From: Fistulifera solaris
Taxonomy: Eukaryota
Direction of reading: 5' to 3'
DNA length: 64,000 bases
Assembly (NCBI GenBank): GCA_030295235.1
Contig: AP026149.1
Location: 186,001 to 250,000 of the forward strand
Shown: positions 1 to 11,264 of the stretch, piece after piece
Layout of the letters: the number at the start of each line of letters is the position of its first letter
Numbering within the stretch: position 1 is the first letter of the stretch
Position numbers and translations under genes: made by a program
Notes under the pieces: model-generated
What the model was told of the DNA's origin: nothing
Seen by the model: the letters and a program-made list of their open reading frames with translations, nothing else
Database searches by the model: none

Positions 1-348
1 AGAGACCACCCCTTGTGCCGCCACGACGGCAATACCGTGATCAATGTTCATGATGACCGGCCATGCGACACACCATACTACCAAAAGGAAGAGTCCCGCC
101 AACACTTCGATCGATCGTCCGACAAAATGAGGACGCGCGAAGAGATACGCAGCCGACGCGAGAAAGGCGACCAGCATGCTCATACACGACGCGGCGACGA
201 CCCAATTTTCTTTCGTGTTCCGACCCTCTTCGGTCGTTGATGTCATGGCCGCTAGACAAACCGCCGAAAAGACAAAGAGAGCAATCCAAGCCGGGAATCG
301 TCGGGCTTGATGAATATCGGTATTGACGTCTACTGTTAAGACGGACAT
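1..348 (-). CDS. Multi-pass membrane protein of unknown function, 5' part (runs off window start)
   Basis: Hand translation from ATG at 348: MSVLTVDVNTDIHQARRFPAWIALFVFSAVCLAAMT...ENWVVAASCMSMLVAFLASAAYLF...LAGLFLLVVWCVAWPVIM; open to base 1, at least 3 hydrophobic helices; absent from the ORF track because there is no stop in the window. Confidence 0.7.
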   Translation of the reverse strand, partial: MSVLTVDVNTDIHQARRFPAWIALFVFSAVCLAAMTSTTEEGRNTKENWVVAASCMSMLVAFLASAAYLFARPHFVGRSIEVLAGLFLLVVWCVAWPVIMNIDHGIAVVAAQGVVS

Positions 349-1112
349 GATGATGTAAGTAAGTTGTTTCGGAAGATTCAATGGGAGTTTCCAGCAGATC
401 AAACAAGCTTTGTGATAGATGAATGAACTGAAAGATGAGTATTGTGTTCGCAAACAAAGTAAAAGGAATGATGGAATAGTGATGTAGGAGAACTTCAAAG
501 AAATCTCGCGTGTTCGCAAAGCGCGAGAAACGAAATGGGAAACGTGACGACACGATGGTCCAGCCGGCTTGCTCCAACCGCCGAATTGTGACAACCAAAC
601 TCCATTGAAAGTGATAAAGTAAATTACGTGCGATTTATTTTGATATTTTCTACTTGTTCCGAATGGAGTAAGTGGTACTGATTTTGTTTTTTTAGAATGC
701 TGTAGATCGAAATATTTGTACAAGAAAGTAGAAATGGCTCACGCGCTCATTCACAACGGAGAGATGCAACGGAAACGCTTGGATCGATTTTCTGCCGCCC
801 TCCTGCGGAGTCGTGGGGAGCAAGAACGAGGTGTGAAACAAAACAACGGAGCACAATAACCCTGTTGTTCGAGAAATGTTCAAGAGATCATTGCAATTCT
901 TCACGAGTAGCATTCTTAACAAGAGCCAGCTGAACCGTAAGGAAGCAAGTTTGTTTGTAGGCGAACGACGGTTGAGAAATACAACACCTGTTCTTTTTTC
1001 ATTGTCACTATTATCACATCACACTTCAATTCTTTTTCCGAATATCCTCCATCACAAATCAATCAGAACTTAGTAGCATCCTTTCGGCAGAAAGTCTAGT
1101 AGTACACAAAGA

Positions 1113-2769
1113 ATGAGTTCTGATCCCGAGCTGCAAGAGCCTTTGATAGAACCGGTCGTCGTTGTAGAAGACACCAGCGTCTTGGTCGAAGAAACAGGGG
1201 CAGAAGCTTCGTTTGAAACAAATGAAAATGATGGTGTCGGACACGAACAACCGGCCGTGTACCGGGATGTCCTGTTTGCCATTCTATTTTATGTACAAGT
1301 TGTCCTCATGTTGGGAACGGCAGTGTGGTCCTTCCACTATTTGTGGAAACAAGACGAACCGGACACGATGGCACCCACCTTTGCCCCCACAGCGGCTCCG
1401 ATCCCCCAAAGGATGGAAGAACAAGCCGAGTGGATGTTTCCTTCGGACAAGGAAGAACGCCAAATTGTCGCGTGGACATTGGGATTTCTCTTTTGTCCTT
1501 AGCGTGTGCCATGGTATCGGTTGCACTCGTTTTGGTAGCCCTGCAACACTACAGCCACACAGCGGTCCAAATTTCGTTTGGGATCGCTCCCATCAGTAGT
1601 GTGTTGGTGGCAATTCTCATGACCTTTGTCAATCCGCACGCGTGTGCCCCATTTTGGATCACGGCCGTTCTGGTGGCGTTGTTATCGGCAATTCATTATT
1701 TTGTAGTACGTCAGTACATTCCCTTTACCGCCGCCAATCTCCAAATCGGATTGCAAGCCATTGATGCCACCAAGTCCTTGTTTGTTTATGCGGCATTGTT
1801 GCAAGTTATGACGATGGTGTATTGGATTGTTGCCGCGACGGCCTTGAGTGGTATAGTCGTCTATTATCACAATCAAGACGTTCCGTGCGGAGACGATGAT
1901 TCGGCGGAGCCGTGTCACAATTCCATACCCCTATGGATGGCCTTACTGTGGTTACTGGCCGTGTATTGGACCCAATCGGTGGTACAAAATGTGATTCGTG
2001 CCACGACGGCCGGTGCTGTCGGGACGTGGTGGTTTCGTTCTCCCGACGAAGAAGTCGACGAGGATTCTTCGGGAAGTTGTTGTTGTTGTATTTGTTGCAC
2101 GGGTCAACAAGACGTCCACGATGCCTGGCTTCGTGCTACGACCTACTCGTTTGGTTCGATTTGTTTCGGTAGTTTGGTCGTCGCACTCATCCAAGTTTTG
2201 GAGCGTGTCGTAGCGGAAGCTCGACGTCAGAGACAGCGCCAACACGGTCATGACAGTCTGTGGTTGTGTCTATTGGATTGTCTGATTGAATCACTGGGAC
2301 GAGTATTGGAATATTTCAACAGTTGGGCGTTCTTGTATGTTGGAATCTATGGTTACGACTACATGAGTGCGGGTCAACATGTTATGACGTTGTTGCAACA
2401 ACGGGGCTTTACGTTTTGTTGACGCACACATTGTTGTTTCAAGTACTGCGGTATATCAAAGGAAGTATCGGACTGATTTCCGGTACTTGTTTGGCGGTCG
2501 TTTGCGCGGTCTTGGTGCAGAATACGACGCATATCTTGTGGGCCGTCTTTGCTTTTGGCTTTGTGGCGGGTTGGATGTTGGCAGGTATGATTTTATTTGT
2601 TGTCGAAAGCGGTGTCCGCACCATCATGTTGTGCTTTGTGGAACGACCCATGGATGCCGCGATTCATCATCCTGCCGCTTACCAAACCTTAACGGCCGGA
2701 TGGTCGCGTGTGTATCCTGAACAATTTCCGCATCATTCGACTACTACTGAATCGCAAGCGTTTGTATGA
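1113..2769 (+). CDS. Choline transporter-like (CTL/SLC44, Pns1-like) protein; two apparent frameshifts (~1495, ~2415)
   Basis: YRDVLFAILF N-terminal motif, IPFTAANL, YWTQSVVQNV..T.AGAVGTWWF, SFGSICFGSL, YFNSWAFLYVGIYGYDY..AG, many TM segments; split over ORFs 1113-1502, 1325-2422 and 2323-2769. Confidence 0.85.
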
Positions 2770-2865
2770 GAAGGAATTTATGACTATATATATACACAAT
2801 TGAATTTACATAATACTTGAAAGAGGTCCTAGTTGTGTCATTCCTCATCTAGCGAGTCTCGTAGA

Positions 2866-2901
2866 TGACGTCACTGTGACACCCACGGCAGGATGACGTC
2901 A
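2866..2901. promoter_or_regulatory. Two CRE/bZIP-type TGACGTCA palindromes upstream of the FTHFS gene
   Basis: TGACGTCA at 2866-2873 and 2894-2901, ~130-160 bp upstream of ATG 3030; the same octamer occurs at intergenic 15488 and 36827. Confidence 0.4.
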
Positions 2902-3029
2902 TTCCACGTTGAAGCGATTGCTTGTTGCAACAAAATAAAAAATTGGTAATAATATCATACTTGGTAGTCATCGTTCATTCCTTTGACTTCATTCATTCAT
3001 CTCTTTTCTTTCGCCGCTCATCCGTCAGA

Positions 3030-5341
3030 ATGAATACAGAAGAATTGAATGCCTTGGGATATCCGGTTCTGAAACCAAAGACGCCGGTACCAAGTGACAT
3101 TGAAGTCAGTCAATCGATTGTGCGAGACGTCGGTTTGTTACCCATTACGGAAGTTGGAAAACAGTACGTTCAATCGCTCGCTCGCTCGCTCGCTCATTCT
3201 GAGAAAAAAATTGAACTGATTTTTTGTGTTTATGGAATATTTCATGTTCATTCATGTCTTTGTCTACTTTCTCTTTGTTGTGTAGACTCGGATTGAACGA
3301 TGATGAAATTATTCCGTGGGGCATTGCCAAGGCCAAAATTCCTTTAACAGCCCGGACGAATCGTCTTGATGTGGAGGATGGCAATTATGTGGTGGTAACC
3401 GGAATCAATCCAACGCCATTGGGGGAAGGGAAATCGACCACCACCATTGGTTTGGCACAAGCCTTATCGGCGATCCGAGGAAAGAAAACGGTTGCCTGTA
3501 TTCGACAGCCCTCGCAGGGACCGACGTTTGGTATCAAGGGAGGTGCGGCCGGAGGTGGTTATGCGCAAGTGGTGTAAGTAGTGACCGCAACAAGAGCAGT
3601 CTGCCTGTGTGGTGATAGACTCACACCCGAATTCTGTTATATCATAGACCCATGGAAGAATTCAATCTCCATTTGACCGGTGATGTAAGTGTGTCGCGTT
3701 GATTACAGTGTCCATAGAAATACTCCTCTATTTCTCGTTTTCTTCACAAATCAACTCATTCTATATATATATTGTTGTTATTAATAGATCCACGCCGTGA
3801 CGGCTGCCAACAATCTACTCGCTGCTGCCATTGAAACACGCCTCTTTCATGAAGCCAGTCAATCAGACGAAGCTCTGTTCAAACGCCTCACCAGTAAGCC
3901 CTTTAGTGCCGTACAAAAACGGCGATTGCGAAAATTGGGGATTGATGAAAACAAAGCACCGGAAGAATTTACGGTCGAAGAGAAACGTCGATTTGCACGT
4001 CTCGACATGGACCCTCCCACCATTACATGGCAACGCGTCCTCGATACGTGTGATCGTCATTTGCGAACCGTCGAAGTGGGATTGGGGGCCCAAGAAACCG
4101 TCAAATCCGGCTTCGAGCGCGTGCAACATTCCCGCCGTACCGGTTTTGATATTACCGTGGCCTCCGAAGTCATGGCCGTCTTGGCCTTGTCGACCGATTT
4201 GCACGATATGCGAGAGAAATTAGGGTCCATGGTGGTGGCCTATAACAAGCAAGGAGAACCCGTGACGGCAGATGATCTCGGTTGTGGTGGTGCCATGACG
4301 GTACTGATGAAAGATGCCATTATGCCCACGTTGATGCAAACGGTCGAACGTTCTCCCGTCTTTGTACATGCAGGGCCCTTTGCTAATATTGCGGTTGGAA
4401 ACAGGTAGGGACGGTCGATTCTGGTGTCGGTGTTGTCTTCTATATTTCACTCACCGTGTTTCCTTTCTATCAGTTCCATTATTGCGGACGCTATTGCCCT
4501 CAAAGTCGTCGGCCCTGATGGCTTTTGCGTGACCGAAGCCGGTTTCGGTGCCGACATTGGCATGGAAAAGTTTTTCAACATTAAATGCCGGGCCTCGGGT
4601 TTGAAACCGAAATGTGCCGTCATTGTGGCGACCGTCCGTGCTCTCAAGATGCACGGTGGTGGACCGCCGGTGGCCGCGGGACAGCCATTGAGCATCGAAT
4701 ATCAGCAGGAAAATGTGGAATTGGTTGAAAGGGTACATCCAACTTGATTCGCCACATTGAGAATGCCAAAAGTACGGTGTCAATGTAGTTGTGGCGGTGA
4801 ATCAATTCAAAACGGATACTTTGGCGGAAATTGAAGCCATTCGCACCAATGCGTTACAAGCGGGAGCCTTCGCGGCGGTTGTATCAAATCACTGGGCCGA
4901 AGGTGGCAAAGGAGCCGCGGCCTTGGCCGAAGCCGTGGAACAAGCGTGTGCGGACAGTCAGACGGAGAACTTTCGCCTTTTGTATGAAAGCAATAAGAGC
5001 ATTCAAGAAAAGATTGAAATCATTTGCAAAGAAATGTACCGTGCCGATGGTGTCGATTATTCTCCCACAGCACAGGCCCAAATTGAGCAATACGAGAAAT
5101 CCGGTTTTGGTCATTTGCCCATTTGCATTGCCAAGACGCAGTATTCGTTCAGTTGCGATGCCTCGGCCAAGGTGCCCCGACCGGATTCCGTGTCCCGGTC
5201 CGTGAAGTTCGCAGTTGTGTCGGTGCGGGATTCTTATATCCTATTTGCGGAGATATCATGACCATTCCCGGCTTGTCAACGCGACCGGGATTTATGGATG
5301 TAGACATTTCGGAATCGGGTGAAGTGGTTGGTTTATTTTAG
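3030..5341 (+). CDS. FTHFS: Formate--tetrahydrofolate ligase (10-formyl-THF synthetase), 5 exons
   Basis: [83 protein letters not shown] introns ~3164-3285, ~3574-3647, ~3685-3787, ~4405-4472; single-base indels at ~4730, ~4770, ~5171. Confidence 0.95.
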
Positions 5342-5827
5342 AATTTGAAAGAGTGGAGGCAATGCATTGTTCTATGCGAGAAGGACACTTGTTGCGTACA
5401 AGAGATAAATGATATGTCGACTTTCTAGTAGCAATTCGACCTCTTGTCCTTCACTTCAACGACTCCTAGACGTCATCATACACCACATGTAGAGAAGTAG
5501 TCGTTCATTCAATCGACCATCCGTACCTGGTACAGTACCAATTTCTTTGAAAAACGAGTCAGTCGTCAGAGGAGACCAGCGATGCAAAGGAGTACAAGGA
5601 TTCATGAATTCATGAGTCAGTCATGAGAGAAATGTAGCGTTAGCCTTACCGTACTACACATGGTTTGGAAGCGTTGTTATTGTTATTCACCTTTTTTCAT
5701 TATTATTTTTTGTCGTTGACGTTCCTGTTGCCTATACTATATCAAACTCCAACAAGTTGCAAAATCACCGCTATTTTCTTTGTTTTTTCCTTTGCAGTGA
5801 AACAATAAAAAAACAAAGGCAACAACC

Positions 5828-6616
5828 ATGATCAAGTATATTATTATTTACCAGTTGCTATTATTTCTAGCGTTTTTGTCACAATCGGTGCAACCCTTCA
5901 CGGTTCGCACCCACACGCATGATTGTTGGTCACGCCCTTTGTCTCCGCTTTCACGAACCTTGCTACACGCCAACAAGAACACTGCTCTGGATAACAATAA
6001 CAATGGCGAAGAAGAAGAAGAAGACCCTTTGGTCATTCCTTCGTATTTACTAACGGCCAGCAAATCCTTACGCCGGGTCTCCTGGTTTTCGTGGTGGAGT
6101 CAAGTCATTTTGACGTCGGTTTCCGGCGTCATTCTCGGTTTTGCCCGTCGCACGTTAGTGCAACGCAGTACGGCCCTCAGTACCGGAGGCACTTCCAGTT
6201 TCTTTTTGTCGGGCATTGGATTACTCGTATCGGCCGTATCGATTTTGTGGACGTGGGGCAATGGCAGTCGCTTGTCACGTCGATTGGTGCGACGTTCCCT
6301 TCCCCGCGCCAAAGCCGCGCACATGTTGCGACGGGCCGTCCAAGTCGGTGTCACCATCAATTTGGTGGGATTGTTGGTCCATTTGTTGGCCGCCGAAGAA
6401 ATTGTTGGAACGTTGGCGTTGCACGTCTTGACTTCGTCTTCTTCGAGAAATGCCATGTTTCCCGAAGGACTGGTACAACCATTGGATGTTTTGGTAGTAC
6501 AAGCGAATACGAATTCGTTGCTCAGTCATTTCTGCAGTTTGGCGTCGTTGTTGTTTTATACGAAACAAATTGAGCAGGTTGATCCTCCACAAAGTAGCGC
6601 GAAGGAGCAAGAATGA
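5828..6616 (+). CDS. DUF3611 (Tic21/PIC1-related) plastid membrane protein
   Basis: Signal peptide followed by VQP|F transit; SWWSQVILTSVSGVIL and QPLDVLVVQANTNSLLSHF motifs; 3-4 TM segments. Confidence 0.75.
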   Translation: MIKYIIIYQLLLFLAFLSQSVQPFTVRTHTHDCWSRPLSPLSRTLLHANKNTALDNNNNGEEEEEDPLVIPSYLLTASKSLRRVSWFSWWSQVILTSVSGVILGFARRTLVQRSTALSTGGTSSFFLSGIGLLVSAVSILWTWGNGSRLSRRLVRRSLPRAKAAHMLRRAVQVGVTINLVGLLVHLLAAEEIVGTLALHVLTSSSSRNAMFPEGLVQPLDVLVVQANTNSLLSHFCSLASLLFYTKQIEQVDPPQSSAKEQE

Positions 6617-6729
6617 ACGATCGTGAAGAATAAGAGACAACAATTACGCGTTCAAACGAAAGGAAGGATTTCACATTTGAAGACTGCGATCATTTTCTCT
6701 GCCTAAAATTCATGATTACTACTATTGCT

Positions 6730-8094
6730 TTATTCACGCAATTCCTGCACTTTTTCGTACAATCGCTCACAAAAGTTGACGGCATCTTCTTCCAACACAT
6801 CTTGTAATTCCGGTAATAATTGTGTCACCGTCTTCTGTTCCTGGACTTGTTGACATACAAAATCGACCAAACTGACTTCGGGTTCCCCCAACAATTGTTG
6901 AATTTGGGCGGCAACGAAATCGCGGAATTGAGTTCGGGCCTCAGTAGGAACAAAAAGGGGCTGAGATTGCCAGTCATCGGTTTTCATGCGTTTAGTCGGT
7001 GGCTCCGATCCTTCCGAGGGTGGCTGTTGGGCTTGTGTCATCCAAGCGGGTAAATTGGAAACACCCCGGGGTGCCGCTATTTGCGGTGGAAGTTGTCCAG
7101 GCGGCGGTGGTGGTGGTAGCGGAGGAAGGTTTCCCGGTAACGGTGGAGGAGGTAGTTGACTTCCCAGCGGTGGCAGAGGTGCACCAGGGAGCGGAGGAGG
7201 TGGAGGTAGCTGACCGGCCATGGGGGCTGGAGGCGCACCAGGAAGCGGAGGCGGAGGAAGTTGACTGGGCAATGGAGGCGCACCAGGAAGCGGAGGAGGA
7301 GGAAGTTGACTGGGCAATGGAGGCACTCCTGGAGGCACCCCTGGAGAAGGTGCTCCACCCGCCAACATGCGCTGTCGTACAATAGGCTTCCAGTGCTCTA
7401 TTTTGGATTTGACCAATTCTTGACGTCGTGTCGCTTTCCCACCTTGCTGACGTGCCAATTTGCGTCGGAATTCACGAACTGCCGCCAAGACTGCCGGTGT
7501 TGTCAAAGGATCCTCTTCTTCCTCATCGTCTTGTTCTTCGTCACTGTCAGGGCCTCTGATGACAGGTTCTTTGGCGGTAGAAGGTGCCACCACCGGAGTG
7601 GGTCGATTCGGATCTGGAAACGATGTGACCAATCGATCTCCCAACACTTGTACGGTCGTCGGATCCATCATGGCCGGTGGAACGGGAATATCGGGATGTG
7701 TCGGCACCAAATGCACTTGAAATTTCTGTATAGTGTCTTTCTGTGTATCGTCATTGGTTAGTTTGGCCAAGAATTCCGTTTGAAAATGTCGAAAGGCCGT
7801 CACAACTTTGAGAGCTCCATCCGCGTGCGACATGGTCAATAAAGCGGTTCGCATGCTTTCTTCCTGTTGTTTCGGTATTTTCTCCTCGTCTTCATCTTCT
7901 TCTTGTTCGGAAGGTACAAACACGACGTGTCGTACATTGCCACACGGCATCAACCATTCCCGAAGGACCTGGCGTTTGTGCAAAGCCGCCGGAAGATGCG
8001 TCAACAAGACGACGTTCGTCGCCCCGGGTCGTCCACGGGGCGGTGGTGCCGGTAATCCTACGACAGGCGGTGCCGAAAGAGGAGGATAGTTCAT
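6730..8094 (-). CDS. Proline-rich RNA-processing protein with C-terminal PWI domain and possible degenerate N-terminal RRM
   Basis: 454-aa ORF; C-terminus FVAAQIQQLLGEPEVSLVDFVCQQV...LQDVLEEDAVNFCERLYE fits the PWI pattern; poly-Pro repeats; GVSNLPAWMT motif. Confidence 0.7.
   Translation of the reverse strand: MNYPPLSAPPVVGLPAPPPRGRPGATNVVLLTHLPAALHKRQVLREWLMPCGNVRHVVFVPSEQEEDEDEEKIPKQQEESMRTALLTMSHADGALKVVTAFRHFQTEFLAKLTNDDTQKDTIQKFQVHLVPTHPDIPVPPAMMDPTTVQVLGDRLVTSFPDPNRPTPVVAPSTAKEPVIRGPDSDEEQDDEEEEDPLTTPAVLAAVREFRRKLARQQGGKATRRQELVKSKIEHWKPIVRQRMLAGGAPSPGVPPGVPPLPSQLPPPPLPGAPPLPSQLPPPPLPGAPPAPMAGQLPPPPPLPGAPLPPLGSQLPPPPLPGNLPPLPPPPPPGQLPPQIAAPRGVSNLPAWMTQAQQPPSEGSEPPTKRMKTDDWQSQPLFVPTEARTQFRDFVAAQIQQLLGEPEVSLVDFVCQQVQEQKTVTQLLPELQDVLEEDAVNFCERLYEKVQELRE
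7195..7335. repeat. Coding tandem repeat (~45-bp unit, LPSQLPPPPLPGAPP)
   Basis: ggaggcgcaccaggaagcggagg(c/a)ggaggaagttgactgggcaat repeated near-perfectly, plus degenerate copies. Confidence 0.8.
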
Positions 8095-8557
8095 TTATAA
8101 GTAGTATTAATTACAGATTGAATGCGAAAACGGCTCAAACCAAGGGAAATCTGTGTGTGTGTGCTTTTGTCAACAAGCGTCTCATCGCATTATATTCCGA
8201 TGCGGCCGTTTAGCTTAACATAACTAGGTAGCACGGCCAGACGGTCGCGCGCCGTTGACCGACAGTTCCTACTTAGACAATAGCCGGCACGCGACATGGC
8301 GCGCGGGAGCACGGGAACGCACCTGTGCTCGGTACTGTACCGGTACCGGTATATTTTTCTACGGGGGTACACTTTTTCCCGCACCGTCAGAGATTCCCTC
8401 TTAATGTTACAATGATTCGACAAAGAGACGAAAATTCGCCCAAATTCATGAATCATGTTTCCTCTTAAACAGGAGAAAATTACGGAATACTCCGTGTTGT
8501 TTATCACACTGCAAGAGAAGCAAGCTATTGAATGGAAGTTACGACGTTCCAAAGATC

Positions 8558-10066
8558 ATGATGAAGACTTTGATTCCTTCCTCCCCATCGTCTTTGACGA
8601 CTTTGTCCGATACAGAACATGATATGCCCATGGCACCAGAGATTCTTCCCGCCATGGAACGTAAGAAGATGCCACGACAAAACAAGACTTTTCTTTTGGT
8701 AACAGTGATACTGGCCGTGTTGATTTTTTTGATTGCACTGGTCAGTACTTTTATGACGAGATCCAAAGTATCGCAGGAATCGGTTTCAACACCCATACGG
8801 GAACCATCCCCAACAGCAGCTCCTATCATGTCCACTTTGGCTCCTGTTGTTCCCAAGACTCCACCCACAGCTTCTCCAACGCTCGCTTCCTCCCTATCAC
8901 CAACCGTCCGCTCGCCCACCACAGCACCCACTCGCATTGCCTTTGATCCAGGCAATTTAGTCAAAGATTCCCATGGTCTTTTGTTGTCGGTGGGTTTGCA
9001 AGCACGCATTCTCGCACAAGCGGGACGACCCGTACGGTACAACGCGGCACAAACATCCTCACTTCCCTTTCACGCCATGCCCGATTTTGGGGCCACGTTC
9101 CCGGATACACGTCCTGAAAATCCCGGAGGATGGATTTATGTCAGTAACAGTGAAGTCCGACGTCCGTGGTACCAAGGAGGCGTCGGTGCCATTACGTTTG
9201 ATTCGCGTGGCGAAACGATCGATTATCGCATGTTGTTGACAAATACAACAGCGAATTGTGGAGGAGGTGTCACACCGTGGGGCAGTTGGGTGTCGGGAGA
9301 AGAATAGCGCGAAGGTGTCTTTTGGCAAGTGGATCCTGTCGGAAGGCGTCCTCCGGAAATCTTGACCGTGGGCAATGAAAAAGGCATGTACGAGTCCTTT
9401 GCGGCAGATCTCCCACGAAATCAGTACTTTGTGACGGAAGATTTCGAGACAGGCCCGGTCCGACGATTCATTCCGTTGAGCACCCATCCGACGGACCCAT
9501 GGAAGACCTTGCACGGAGAAGGTGAAACGACGTATTTATTTTTGCAGCCCACCTCCGAACAAGAAGGAACGTACGAATGGATATCGAACAAGAACCGAGC
9601 CCAATCGAATGCGCAGGCGCTGTTTCCCAATTGCGAAGGCATCGATGTCCATGGCGACAAATTGTACTTTATTTCCAAGAAGATTGAAACCGTCTTTGTC
9701 TTGGACTTGGCAGGAAACAGCTATAGGAGTTATAGCACTCGACAAGGCTTATTTCAAGGACAGCCCGATCAGATGATTCAATTGCACGGCAATGCCGACA
9801 ACACTTTGTACTTTTTCACCGAAGACGGCAGCGCCAGTGCGGGCGTGCACGCCCGCAACCGTGCGGGCCAAATTCTGACCATTCTAGAGGGACCGAACTA
9901 TTCCAATGAAGTGACAGGACTCGCCTTTTCTCCCGACAATACTCGCATGTATATTGCCTTTCAAGACGACGGAATATTGTTCGAAATTGTTCGTCAAGAT
10001 GGATTACCGTTTACCGCCCGCTCATTGAATCTTCGGTATCATTCGAGTGGGTTGGATGCTATGTAG
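8558..10066 (+). CDS. phoX: PhoX-family (DUF839) alkaline phosphatase, copy 1, type-II membrane anchored; in-frame TAG at 9305-9307
   Basis: N-terminal TM (FLLVTVILAVLIFLIALV), Pro/Thr linker, PDFGATF, GGWIYVSNSE, NCGGGVTPWGSWVSGEE, EVTGLAFSPD..RMYIAFQ; reading frame continues after the TAG. Confidence 0.85.
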
Positions 10067-11264
10067 AGATTCTCGCTTCGGAAATCTGTTTGTGATGCAC
10101 GTTTATGTAGTAATAGTTAGTATTAGTATTAGTATTAGATATTTTGGTTTTATTGAAGGAATCGACCCTCTCGTCTAGCGAATCTTTGCGACGCCATGGT
10201 GGATTTCAGCGCGTCTTTTCCTACCTGGTATGATTGTTCGATGAATTTTTTCAAATTGGGTGAATCCCTGCATCTGCAATCTGAATCTGGTTGGCTATCT
10301 GTGAAAAAGAATTCACCTCAGAATTCACGGGTCACGGGTCAAGGAACATTCAAAGATCTAATTTGCATTCTGACTTGAGGAAATTAGGAATTAGGAATAA
10401 ATATCAGTATTGTAGTTCATACCTGATGAATTTTTTATGCCTTCAAAGATCTATTATATCAAGACAAAAAAATTGTGATTACAAGTACCAGTAGCTACTG
10501 GGAATGGGAATTTTTTCTTCCTATTCGGCATTCGTCATTCGACATTCGACATTCGACTCCGCTTCTGTGTTCGGAAAGAACGACTCTCCGCACTCCACAC
10601 TGTTCACTGAAGAGTTTATCCTACATGAATATTGCCATTCGGGTCTCTCGGGTCTCGGGTCCTGAGTCCTGAGTCCTGATTCCGATCGATGAAGCCATTT
10701 GCCATTTTTGGTTTTGGTTCCTTATAAAGCAGGCTGATTTTAAAGAATCAGGTCATCGGTCATCCTCTCTAGGCACTATTGAGGGTGCCTGGTGCCTGGT
10801 ATAGTGCGTTAGCTTTAGAATTAACTACAAATCAGAAAGGTACTCTAACTCTAACAAAACACAATAATGTTTTATTGAAAATTAGAAAAGGTCACCCTGT
10901 AGGTTGTAAACTCAAACTCAAAACTACGAAGTACACTAGCAGTCATTATCAGTCGCCCGAGATCCGAGATGATAGATGATTGATTCATTCATCTGCACAC
11001 TCTACACCTCAGTACTGGTACGAGGTTAGAGCGGACATCGGACCAACGAATGAAAAAAATTTAGGAGCCTCCAGTAATTTTTTCAACACGCCCTGACAAA
11101 AAAATAACTGTTGCAGAAAAAGGTTCGTCGAGTGTGCAACCAAAGAAGCAAGAAACAAGAAGCAGCTGACCAGTACTCCTCTTCATTCGACCGCATTCGA
11201 CGCCTTGACTTCCTCCAAATCTTGTAATAACGTTAACATTATTTTTGAATTACCGTTCTACAAA

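Noticed and set aside
41..598. 185-aa minus-strand ORF from the track as the real gene
   Set aside because: A different minus frame starting at 348 gives a coherent membrane protein; the listed ORF has a non-ATG start and no protein-like features
4720..5180. Programmed ribosomal frameshifting in FTHFS and other genes
   Set aside because: No consistent slippery heptamer or downstream structure; the pattern matches homopolymer sequencing errors
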